From Thalassolituus maritimus (GTDB lineage: Bacteria > Pseudomonadota > Gammaproteobacteria > Pseudomonadales > Oceanobacteraceae): a stretch of 32,000 bases of DNA. Location of the stretch: NCBI RefSeq assembly GCF_040372045.1, contig NZ_BAABWH010000002.1. One strand, given 5' to 3'. Positions 9,056 to 17,205 of this stretch are shown here, piece after piece. Position numbers and translations under genes: made by a program. The notes beneath the pieces are model-generated. The model did not search any database. It saw only the letters and a program-made list of their open reading frames with translations, and was not told where the DNA came from. The first letter of the stretch is position 1; every line of letters begins with the position of its first letter.

Positions 9056-9071
9056 TATTGATTGGTAGCAA
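9044..9071 (-). promoter_or_regulatory. Sigma70-type promoter candidate for fumC (TTGCTA-N16-GATAAT)
   Basis: On the minus strand, -35 TTGCTA is the complement of 9066..9071. A 16-nt spacer follows, then -10 GATAAT (complement of 9044..9049), which sits inside the Fur box. Confidence 0.55.
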
Positions 9072-9254
9072 ATATTCACTCTCCGCGGTCACACAAGCTC
9101 ATACATCGTAACCGCCGAACCCGCCTTCTGTGCCGATTTGTATCTCCCTACCAGTTACGTTCCATACATTACACCTGACAGCTCGGTGAGCCTGTCAGCC
9201 CCCGCATTCCACTGCTTTACTCATAACGTTCTTACTTACCTGATGAGGCTACAC

Positions 9255-11573
9255 ATGTTCCCAAAATACTCTTTTCGTCTGTCTTCCAAACCTTTAGTTC
9301 CACTCACCGTCCTCGCCGCTGCGATTCTGGCCGGAGGCTGTTCTGACAATTCCTCTGGCAGCGACAATGAGACAGATGACAACGGTACAACCACCAGCCT
9401 CTCAGGGAAGGCCGCCGATGGTTATCTGGCAGGTGCTCGCGTTTGTCTGGATCTGAATAACAATGCTGCCTGCGACGATGGTGAACCGACAGCAACCACC
9501 AGCGCCGGTGGCAGTTACTCCCTGGAAGGCGTCACTCAGGAACAGATTGATAACTCACCTCTGGTCGTTGAAATCATCGTTGGTGAGACCATTGATGAGG
9601 ACAACCCCGGCGTCGCAATTGATAAAACCTACACACTGACTGCACCTGCTGGCTCTGCCTTCATCAGCCCACTGACCACCATGGTGCAGAATGAAATCAA
9701 AGAGAACGGCCTCAGCCCCGACCAAGCCAAAGCAAATATCCAGGCACGCCTCGGAACCGACCTCGATCCAACCGATGACTACGTTGCCGGATCTGACGAC
9801 GGCGATAGTGGCGAGGAGTTCCAACGTCTGCACAAAGTAGCGCAGGTCACCCGCGCCGTTATGCAGAAGAATATTGAGTTGGTCGAGACGGTTGTCGAAG
9901 AGTCAGGTGTATCCAAAGAAGATCTGACGGCACTGATCGTTGAACAGGTGCTCGCCGCTCTGGATGACATTCAACAGGCGATTGAAGACGCTGGCGACGG
10001 TTTTGACGCAGACGGTTTGGCAGGGTCAGATGATCTGCAAGGCACCCGCCTTGATCCAAGTAAAGTCGAAGAACAACTGGAAGAACGCCGTGATCGTCGA
10101 GAAGCAACCGCCGCAAATCTTGCAGCACTGCTCACGGATGGCGACGGCCTGAACTTCTTCGAGGCCTTCGAAGAAGATGATGGCCTGATGTTTGGCTACG
10201 GCAACGTGCAGGCGGATGGCGAAGGCGTCATCTCGATTACACAATACGGTTACGACGTTGAAGGTGACAGCTGGGTCGCGATGAGCGAAGAAGGCGATCA
10301 GCGTCAGGATTGCTTCCTCGGTAACGGCGGATGGCAATGTGTCTCAGAGGACGACGAAACAGTCAGCACCGACGGTAACAACGTTCGCATACTGCGTGGC
10401 AACCTGAGCTTTGCCGAAGAGATTATTTCTGGCCAGCAGATCGATCTGACGGATAAGCCACTAGGCGCTTACCTCGACTACCCCTATCAGGCGGTTATTG
10501 ATCCTCGCGCGCGCTTTACCGCAGGCGCACAGGGTTACCTCCTGACCTTTACCCGCACTAACGATGTGTTTGAACTCTACAGAGATAACGTCGAATCCGT
10601 GAATGATTGCTGGGGTGGCGAAGCCATCGAGGGCAATACGTGGGCACCGACCGATACCTGGTGTAACAACGTATTCGTGCACACAGGTGATGGGAACCAT
10701 GAGACGGACGGTGATGCAGCAACCACACTGGCACAGCTGATCAGTGCAACCGCGGCAACTAACCCACAATACCGCGCAGACCTCGGTGGTATCGACCTGT
10801 ACGGCGATCACAGCCAACATATCGTTGAGCTGGTCGAGGGTGGTGTGGCCAATATCTACCGTCTCGAACGCAGCAGCATGGGCGAGTCCGAAGACCTGAT
10901 TCCATTTGGATCAACTGAGTGGCGTATTCAGACGATCGAGACGAAGGAAGTACTGACTATCGATCTGCCCCCCGGTATTGCTGCGCGCGCAGACTATGAC
11001 ATGGGTGCAAAACCGCTTCTTGCTGTGGTCGATGGCTACGTACGAGCAGGCGAAATGATGCCAGCCGGTGGTCGCAGCGATACCCAATGGGTATTCAATG
11101 GAGCAGGACGCGAGCAAATCAAATCAGCATTTGATTACGCGCTGCTGCAGCCTCTAGCTGAGTGCGAAATCGAGGACAATGAAGACTCCACGCTTAGCGA
11201 CTTCGCCAATTACGCGAGCGGCTGCAGCACAGTCGACTTTGGCGATGGCGATGTCGCCGGTAAGTCATTCTTCCTTGGCGATGGCGCCTTCAATTTCACA
11301 CAAGACGGTAACGGCCGTTATCAGGGCGAAATTGACGACGGCGACTTTGTATCTCTTGCCTTCACCTGGACCATTAACAACGATGGATACCTCGTACTGA
11401 ACACCCAACACACAAAAGACGGGGTCACTAAGTATCTGAGGATGACGGCAGCAAAAATAGAATCCAACGCTCGTCAGATCAGCCTTATTACCTTCGGGCA
11501 AGACTCAACAGACAGCAGTACGCTGGATGAAAGTACGGGAGAAGTAAGCGGAGAGGTCTGGGACATTCGCTAA
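9255..11573 (+). CDS. Large acidic lipoprotein of unknown function (772 aa)
   Basis: ORF 9138..11573 trimmed to ATG 9255, with GAGG 5 nt upstream. The signal plus lipobox reads MFPKYSFRLSSKPLVPLTVLAAAILAGGC. The mature protein is strongly D/E/G/T-rich and has four spaced Cys pairs. The N-terminal segment GKAADGYLAGARVCLDLNNNAACDDGEP..GGSYSLEG resembles a module I have seen at the N-termini of other marine gammaproteobacterial lipoproteins. I recognise no catalytic motif. Confidence 0.7.
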   Translation: MFPKYSFRLSSKPLVPLTVLAAAILAGGCSDNSSGSDNETDDNGTTTSLSGKAADGYLAGARVCLDLNNNAACDDGEPTATTSAGGSYSLEGVTQEQIDNSPLVVEIIVGETIDEDNPGVAIDKTYTLTAPAGSAFISPLTTMVQNEIKENGLSPDQAKANIQARLGTDLDPTDDYVAGSDDGDSGEEFQRLHKVAQVTRAVMQKNIELVETVVEESGVSKEDLTALIVEQVLAALDDIQQAIEDAGDGFDADGLAGSDDLQGTRLDPSKVEEQLEERRDRREATAANLAALLTDGDGLNFFEAFEEDDGLMFGYGNVQADGEGVISITQYGYDVEGDSWVAMSEEGDQRQDCFLGNGGWQCVSEDDETVSTDGNNVRILRGNLSFAEEIISGQQIDLTDKPLGAYLDYPYQAVIDPRARFTAGAQGYLLTFTRTNDVFELYRDNVESVNDCWGGEAIEGNTWAPTDTWCNNVFVHTGDGNHETDGDAATTLAQLISATAATNPQYRADLGGIDLYGDHSQHIVELVEGGVANIYRLERSSMGESEDLIPFGSTEWRIQTIETKEVLTIDLPPGIAARADYDMGAKPLLAVVDGYVRAGEMMPAGGRSDTQWVFNGAGREQIKSAFDYALLQPLAECEIEDNEDSTLSDFANYASGCSTVDFGDGDVAGKSFFLGDGAFNFTQDGNGRYQGEIDDGDFVSLAFTWTINNDGYLVLNTQHTKDGVTKYLRMTAAKIESNARQISLITFGQDSTDSSTLDESTGEVSGEVWDIR

Positions 11574-11587
11574 CCCCCGCTAACGAG

Positions 11588-11616
11588 AAAAGCCCTGCGA
11601 TGCAGGGCTTTTTTAT
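11588..11616. terminator. Bidirectional rho-independent terminator (lipoprotein gene / rep)
   Basis: Stem agccctgc (11591..11598), loop gat, stem gcagggct (11602..11609). It is followed by TTTTTTATT and preceded by an A run, and lies between convergent stops at 11573 and 11633. Confidence 0.8.
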
Positions 11617-11632
11617 TGCCGGAATGCAGTAA

Positions 11633-13651
11633 TCAGAACAGGTTCATCAGACTGTCGAGGGTATCCTGACCGCGCTTTTTAGATTCTTCGGCGGACGTCT
11701 CCGATTTCCCTTCCCACTCGATATCATCGGCAGGTAGCTCATCCAGAAAACGTGAATGAGTCGTGTCGACCGCTTCGCCATATTGGCGTCGTTTGCCAGC
11801 GTACGTCAGCGTCAGTGTGCGCTTCGCTCGGGTGATACCCACGTACATAAGGCGACGTTCTTCTTCGATGGTGTCGGCCTCAATACTGTTGCGATGCGGC
11901 ATCAACTCTTCTTCCATCCCCATGATGTAAACATGCGGGAATTCCAGACCCTTTGACGCATGCAGTGTCATCAACTGCACCTGATCGTTTTCGTCCTCTT
12001 CGCTCTGCTGCTCTAGCATGTCGCGCAGAATCAGCTTACCGACTGCGTCTTCAATCGTGCACTCGTCGCCCAGCTCGTCCGCTTTATCGATCATTTTCTG
12101 AATCTGATCCACCAGGAAGTAGACGTTCTTCATACGCCGCTCTGCCTGATGTGGCGTGCCCGAGTTCTGGTGCAGATAACCTTCGTAATCGATGTCGTCG
12201 ATCATCTCTTTGATGGCCGCAACAGGGTCATCTGTGTAGGCGTTGCGGGTGATACGCTCCAGCCAGTTACCAAAACGACGTAGGCGATCCAATGCTTTCG
12301 GCATCAGAACCTGCTCAAGCCCCATTTCGGTGGTGGCCGCAATCATGCTGATATTACGCATCGCAGCGTATTCGCTGAGCTTCTCAATGGTACTCGGACC
12401 AATTTCACGACGTGGCGTGTTCACAACTCGCAAGAACGCGGCGTCATCCGTCGGGTTAATCAGCAGGCGCAGGTACGCCATGATGTCTTTAATTTCATTG
12501 CGCCCAAAGAACGACTGACCACCACTCAGCTTGCAAGGCACCTGATAAGCCTGAAGCTTCATTTCGATCATGCGCGACTGGTGATTACCACGATACAGTA
12601 CGGCAAAGTCACGATAGGTGCCGCCGTAGCGCAGACGTCGCTCGACAATCTCGGTGGCGATACGCTCCGATTCCACTTCGTCGTTTTTGCATTTCAGGAT
12701 TTTGATCGGATCGCCGTAACCCTGATCCGACCAGAGTTTCTTTTCAAACTCGTGCGGATTGTTATCAATCACGATATTCGCCGCATTCAGGATCAGACCT
12801 GTAGAGCGGTAATTCTGCTCGAGCTTGATCAGTTTCAGCGACGGGAAATCTTTCTTAAGAAGCGACAGGTTTTCCGGCCGCGCGCCACGCCATGCGTAGA
12901 TGGACTGGTCGTCGTCGCCAACCACGGTCAGGCCGTTGCGATGCCCGACCAACAGTTTCACCAGTTCGTACTGGGAGGTATTGGTGTCCTGATACTCGTC
13001 CACCAGCAAGTAGCGAATCTTCTTCTGCCAACGCGCTAAGACCTCGGGATGATCACGGAATAACAGAGTCGGCGCCATAATGAGATCGTCGAAGTCGACC
13101 GCGTTATAGGCTTTCAACATGCGCTGATACACGCTGTAGGTTTGCGCAATCAAGACTTCCTGCGGACTGGCAGCCTTGTTAATGGCCTGCTCTGGGGTAA
13201 TCAGGTCATTTTTCAGATTGGATATTTCGCTCTGAACCATATCCAGCATATCGCCGTCGTCACCGTGCTCCCGATGCATCACGTCGCGGATGATGCCTTT
13301 GCAGTCATCCTGGTCAAGAATAGAGAAACCCGACTTGTATCCTGCCGTAGTCAGTTCCTGACGAATGATACCCAGCCCCAGGTTGTGGAACGTCGACACG
13401 GTAAGTCCACGCGCGCCGCCACGGCCAGTAAGTTGCATCACCCGCTCTTTCATTTCCTTTGCCGCTTTATTGGTAAAGGTTACTGCCGCGATGTGATGCG
13501 ATTTGATGCCACAGGCATCGATCAGATAGGCGATCTTACGGGTAATCACACTGGTCTTGCCTGAACCCGCTCCAGCGAGCACCAGCAATGGGCCATCAAT
13601 GTACTTAGCGGCTTCGCGTTGACGGGGGTTGAGCTGACTTAAATCGACCAC
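11633..13651 (-). CDS. rep: ATP-dependent DNA helicase Rep (SF1, UvrD/Rep family)
   Basis: 672 aa. It has Walker A AGAGSGKT, the KIRYLLVDEYQDTNTSQYELVKLLVG block, VVGDDDQSIYAWRGA and MTLHASKGLEFPHVY. Its length and colinearity fit Rep (about 673 aa) rather than UvrD (about 720 aa). Confidence 0.93.
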   Translation of the reverse strand: MVDLSQLNPRQREAAKYIDGPLLVLAGAGSGKTSVITRKIAYLIDACGIKSHHIAAVTFTNKAAKEMKERVMQLTGRGGARGLTVSTFHNLGLGIIRQELTTAGYKSGFSILDQDDCKGIIRDVMHREHGDDGDMLDMVQSEISNLKNDLITPEQAINKAASPQEVLIAQTYSVYQRMLKAYNAVDFDDLIMAPTLLFRDHPEVLARWQKKIRYLLVDEYQDTNTSQYELVKLLVGHRNGLTVVGDDDQSIYAWRGARPENLSLLKKDFPSLKLIKLEQNYRSTGLILNAANIVIDNNPHEFEKKLWSDQGYGDPIKILKCKNDEVESERIATEIVERRLRYGGTYRDFAVLYRGNHQSRMIEMKLQAYQVPCKLSGGQSFFGRNEIKDIMAYLRLLINPTDDAAFLRVVNTPRREIGPSTIEKLSEYAAMRNISMIAATTEMGLEQVLMPKALDRLRRFGNWLERITRNAYTDDPVAAIKEMIDDIDYEGYLHQNSGTPHQAERRMKNVYFLVDQIQKMIDKADELGDECTIEDAVGKLILRDMLEQQSEEDENDQVQLMTLHASKGLEFPHVYIMGMEEELMPHRNSIEADTIEEERRLMYVGITRAKRTLTLTYAGKRRQYGEAVDTTHSRFLDELPADDIEWEGKSETSAEESKKRGQDTLDSLMNLF

Positions 13652-13868
13652 GGACTTACCTCTGAATCAGGCAGCGAATTCTACCAGCAATCCCCCTCAG
13701 GTCGACACTCTCATTGGACGACCGCAAACAAAGTCAGGGATGAATATTTGCTGCCAACCCACCTTTTGCTCGCACTTATTCAGCCAAGGATTCGCGAAAC
13801 CGCGCACCGTCTTCTATATGTCATAGAACGCGAATATTTGGGGTCACCGCTTCAGGAAAAGCCAGATA

Positions 13869-15479
13869 ATGGACAACACCAACACAATGCTATTGGCCTT
13901 GGGTACCGACGCCCCTGTGCCAGAGTTTTTGACAGACTGGCTGCGTCAGGAAGCACCGCACCTGAATCTGAGTTTGCGCAGCGGCATGCTCGACGCCTTT
14001 GTGCCGATTCCGGATGGGCATATGGTGGTGATTACCGTTCCACACGGTGATCCGGCACAGCGCGACCGCGTACAGGAAGTGACCGTACATACCCCAACAC
14101 TGCTGATTGGTTTCTCTGATGAACGCCCCTTCTACCCAGATGCCTGTGTCTGGATTGATGCCGACCATCTCACTCCGCATACGCTCCGGCATGGACTGAG
14201 TGAACTGGAGGCTTGCGTTGCCGGGCAGCTGCGCCCCTTACTTGCCCGTCAGAACTGGATGCTGCAATGCCGCAGCCTGTTGGAACGTACAAAGGACCTG
14301 CACCTGCAGCTTATCAGTTGTCGATGGCGGCCCGCCGCCTCTGGCGATTCCGCCGAGATACGCCTTGATACCCAGCAGTCTTTTGAGCATCAGCTGCGAG
14401 CCTGCGCTCCGGCAGACGCCCTGATCGGCAAGCTACTTGATGATCAGTTTGTGATTGTCAGTCAGGACCAACATCATTTATCGAAAAAATGGCTGAAGTC
14501 ACATGAAGACGACAACAGCTTCCTGTGGACATCTTTTCTGAGTGCTCCGGTCGCTCTGCACTCCTACGATGATCTTGGTGAGGCCCTGCAGCACTGCGTG
14601 CGGGAAATAGAGCGCAGTCGCATGATGTACAGTCGCATCGGTGCCCGCTCGCTCACGCCAGACGAGTCACTGGTGGTAAAAGACCTGATACGGGCACTCA
14701 GAAATCAGGAGTTCTATCTTGAGTTTCAGCCCCAATTCGATAGCCACACAGGCTGTATGGTGGGGGCTGAGGCGCTTCTCAGGTGGTTACACCCGGAGCT
14801 TGGGATTGTGCCTCCCACCGCCTTTATCCGCGACGCTGAAATGGCAGGTCTGATACGCACACTCGGAAATTGGGCATTGCGTGAGACTTTGGCCACCTGG
14901 AAGCTGCTGAGTGATCGGGACATCAGTATCCGCATGGCCGTCAACGTCTCGTTTCCAGAGGTCGCTGATCCAGATTATGCAGATAAAGTTCTGGATCTGT
15001 TGGAGGAGATGGGGGTTCCCGCTGCCAGCCTCGAGCTTGAACTGACCGAAACCGCAATGATGCTGGACGCCAGTGTATCCTTGCACAACCTGAACCGCCT
15101 GAAACTGGCCGGAGTGCATATCGTCCTGGACGACTTTGGTACCGGTTTCTCGTCACTCTCTCACCTGAATGACCTTCCCATTACGGGCATCAAATTAGAC
15201 CGCGCCTTCGTTACGCCGCTGAGTCGTGAAGACGAAGATTCCGCACAGCGCCACATAGTTGCTACCATGCTCGATCTCTCGAAACGCTTAAAACTGGAAA
15301 CAACAGCTGAGGGAATTGAAGATCAGGCCTGCCTGGAAGTCATACATGCGCTTGGCTGCGACCGGATTCAGGGGTATTTCTACGCAGAGCCCATGTCGGT
15401 TAATAGTCTTATTGACCGGGCCTGTGTTCAGGAGACCGTTTTGGTGGACTACGCGTCTGGCCAGCAAAGCCTGTTCTGA
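13869..15479 (+). CDS. Cyclic-di-GMP phosphodiesterase (C-terminal EAL domain) with about 260-aa N-terminal region of unknown function
   Basis: 536 aa. The EAL-domain residues appear intact: FYLEFQPQF, GAEALLRW, AVNVS, ELELTE, DDFGTGFSSLSHL, KLDRAF, EGIEDQ and QGYFYAEP. No TM segment is present, and the N-terminal part has no motif I recognise. Confidence 0.88.
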   Translation: MDNTNTMLLALGTDAPVPEFLTDWLRQEAPHLNLSLRSGMLDAFVPIPDGHMVVITVPHGDPAQRDRVQEVTVHTPTLLIGFSDERPFYPDACVWIDADHLTPHTLRHGLSELEACVAGQLRPLLARQNWMLQCRSLLERTKDLHLQLISCRWRPAASGDSAEIRLDTQQSFEHQLRACAPADALIGKLLDDQFVIVSQDQHHLSKKWLKSHEDDNSFLWTSFLSAPVALHSYDDLGEALQHCVREIERSRMMYSRIGARSLTPDESLVVKDLIRALRNQEFYLEFQPQFDSHTGCMVGAEALLRWLHPELGIVPPTAFIRDAEMAGLIRTLGNWALRETLATWKLLSDRDISIRMAVNVSFPEVADPDYADKVLDLLEEMGVPAASLELELTETAMMLDASVSLHNLNRLKLAGVHIVLDDFGTGFSSLSHLNDLPITGIKLDRAFVTPLSREDEDSAQRHIVATMLDLSKRLKLETTAEGIEDQACLEVIHALGCDRIQGYFYAEPMSVNSLIDRACVQETVLVDYASGQQSLF

Positions 15480-15510
15480 AACGGATCGCAGGCAATAAAA
15501 CTACGTCTTT

Positions 15511-15657
15511 CTATTTTGTGGTACTGGATGACGGCATGTCTTTCGGGCCAAAGAACGCCTCACCGTCAAATGGGCTTGGGGTATTGACATGGTAGTAAGC
15601 CATCCCACCCACGAAAACCACAATCACCGCTAAAAAGATTACCAACTGCTTATTCAC
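15511..15657 (-). CDS. Candidate small single-pass membrane protein (48 aa), below the ORF-track length cutoff
   Basis: The reverse strand reads AAGGAGagcaggGTG, then NKQLVIFLAVIVVFVGGMAYYHVNTPSPFDGEAFFGPKDMPSSSTTK and a stop. It has a strong SD with a 6-nt spacer and one clear hydrophobic helix. It lies in an otherwise empty 340-nt gap. I have no homology evidence. Confidence 0.4.
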   Translation of the reverse strand: MNKQLVIFLAVIVVFVGGMAYYHVNTPSPFDGEAFFGPKDMPSSSTTK

Positions 15658-15751
15658 CCTGCTCTCCTTCTGAACAACGTCCTTGTTCAGTCTGGCAGCT
15701 AAGTGCAGTTTCGCAAGGTAACGGCTGGTTGGGCGTCGAATGTAAAAACGG

Positions 15752-15778
15752 AAAAGTGAGGCCTAAGCCTCACTTTTT
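15752..15778 (-). terminator. Rho-independent terminator downstream of the DUF4397 lipoprotein gene (usable on both strands)
   Basis: Stem aaaagtgaggc (15752..15762), loop ctaa, stem gcctcactttt (15767..15777). On the minus strand the hairpin is followed by TTTTCCGTTTTT. It lies about 40 nt downstream of the stop at 15820. Confidence 0.75.
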
Positions 15779-15819
15779 ACTGATTCACTCTTTATTGATT
15801 TACTTAGCCGTCACCGGCA

Positions 15820-17148
15820 TCACCGACGCTGATCAGTCAGCTTAATCGCCTCAGGACCGCTTTTGCCCACGACCACAATGGTATGCAAATCACCCGCCGC
15901 GACAGCGGTCGCATCAAGGCCCGTGACCAGATCTGGAGTCGTGGTCCCCGTTGCTGTCATATCAATCTCGTAAGTCTCTGGCGCACGCTCGATATAATCC
16001 GTGTCATCCCCTTGGGAGAAACCCTGGAAGGTAAAATCCTCTTCTGCGCTCGGATTTTCAATGTCTTCGTAGGCCCCTGTGTAAATCAGTACCTGAGCGT
16101 TCGCCGCATTCGTGTCTGTCGAGGCATGGATCAGACGAACGTATCCAAGTTCTGCGTCTTCCGCTACTCGCTGATCCGTCACAAATATCAATCGCGCATT
16201 GTCGGTATCATCCGAACTGCCGCTCGCCACCACAGTATAAGATTCGCCACGCTCCAGATTGAGGGCACTGGACGCGAGGGTTGTGTCATCGCTCAGCGCA
16301 ACGTTCGCCGCCGTCACAGAAACAGGCAACGAGCCCGCAGGGACAACCAGATAGCCGGTCTCGTCTTTGTAACTGACGTCCTCAAGGTACAACTCGGCGT
16401 TGGTGTAAATGTCGACATCCTGAGAATCCAGCGCGTGAACGATACGCAGTTCACTGGTGTTGTCGAGTACGGTGGTCGCGGAAGGGCCTGCCCATACCAG
16501 CAGAGACACAGGAGAACGGCCTTTTTCACTGTTAACCGCAACAATTAGTGCGTCTTCAGCGACATTTACTGATCCTGAATCGTAGATGACATCGGTTGAT
16601 CCATCGGCGGTCAGGCGTACCTGATAGTTGCCTTCGGCAACATCATTAAGGACCTGATCGTTCAGATAGCTCAGTGCATCCACGGATGCAGACGCACCCA
16701 GTTCGGCGTCGACGTCCGTCACATAAACATCCACATTAACCGATGAAGCACCCGGCGCGGCATGCAACACACGCACATCAACATCGTTGTCAGTCACAGT
16801 GTCTGTTTCTTCGATAATGGCAATATCGAGCGAGGCAACTTCATTTACCGCAACCGCAGCATAATAAGTGTCAGAGCTCAGACTCTCCGCCAGCGAGGCT
16901 GCTACCGTGTCGGTGCCTGCTACACGCAGTTCAATATTGGCATTGCCATCTGACACCTTCATGTAGCCGGTGCCATCCTGATATGCCACGTCACTCAATT
17001 GCAGTTCACCGTTTACGTAAACATCCACTGCTGGGGCATCAGGGGAGGCATGCAGGATTCGCACGTACGCGTCACTGTCATCATCGGCACCGCACGCAAC
17101 AAGGCCAGCAATACTGGCAGCCAACGTCAGTTTTTTGAGCAGGCTCAT
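15820..17148 (-). CDS. DUF4397 repeat lipoprotein (four tandem DUF4397-like modules)
   Basis: ORF 15820..17187 trimmed to ATG (17148..17146), with GGAGAAC upstream. Signal plus lipobox is MSLLKKLTLAASIAGLVAC. Four modules open with VRILHASPDAPAVDVYVNG, VRVLHAAPGASSVNVDVYV, LRIVHALDSQDVDIYTN and VRLIHASTDTNAANAQVLIYT. Antisense ORFs 15883..16548, 16762..16953 and 16999..17256 are shadows. Confidence 0.82.
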   Translation of the reverse strand: MSLLKKLTLAASIAGLVACGADDDSDAYVRILHASPDAPAVDVYVNGELQLSDVAYQDGTGYMKVSDGNANIELRVAGTDTVAASLAESLSSDTYYAAVAVNEVASLDIAIIEETDTVTDNDVDVRVLHAAPGASSVNVDVYVTDVDAELGASASVDALSYLNDQVLNDVAEGNYQVRLTADGSTDVIYDSGSVNVAEDALIVAVNSEKGRSPVSLLVWAGPSATTVLDNTSELRIVHALDSQDVDIYTNAELYLEDVSYKDETGYLVVPAGSLPVSVTAANVALSDDTTLASSALNLERGESYTVVASGSSDDTDNARLIFVTDQRVAEDAELGYVRLIHASTDTNAANAQVLIYTGAYEDIENPSAEEDFTFQGFSQGDDTDYIERAPETYEIDMTATGTTTPDLVTGLDATAVAAGDLHTIVVVGKSGPEAIKLTDQRR

Positions 17149-17205
17149 AGAGTTCTCCGGATAATTATTATTCTTCAACCCCAGCACTATACCAAACTCA
17201 ATGCA

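Noticed and set aside
8276-9061. Long ORFs antisense to confidently called genes: 8276..9061 (261 aa, opposite fumC), 15883..16548 (221 aa, opposite DUF4397), 20300..20902 (200 aa, opposite S8), 25307..25975 (222 aa, opposite hldE), 28568..29305 (245 aa, opposite speE), 23985..24545 (186 aa, opposite hldD), 1848..2435 (195 aa, opposite EEP), 12581..13039 and 13142..13564 (opposite rep).
   Set aside because: Each lies entirely inside a gene with strong family motifs on the other strand. Their translations are Arg/His/Gln/Val-rich with no motif, signal peptide or SD that I can see. This is the typical shadow-ORF behaviour of codon-biased, moderately GC-rich genes.
13812-13828. Inverted repeat TTCTAT-atgtc-ATAGAA upstream of the EAL gene, and 6-7-bp hairpins at 485..499 and 9175..9198.
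   Set aside because: These stems are short (6-7 bp), match no known operator consensus and have no flanking U-tract. I cannot distinguish them from chance without conservation data.
15693-15708. Sigma54-like TGGCAG-ctaag-TGCAG on the + strand.
   Set aside because: The GG-to-GC spacing is 9 nt rather than the required 10. The TTGC element is degenerate, and no + strand gene lies downstream.
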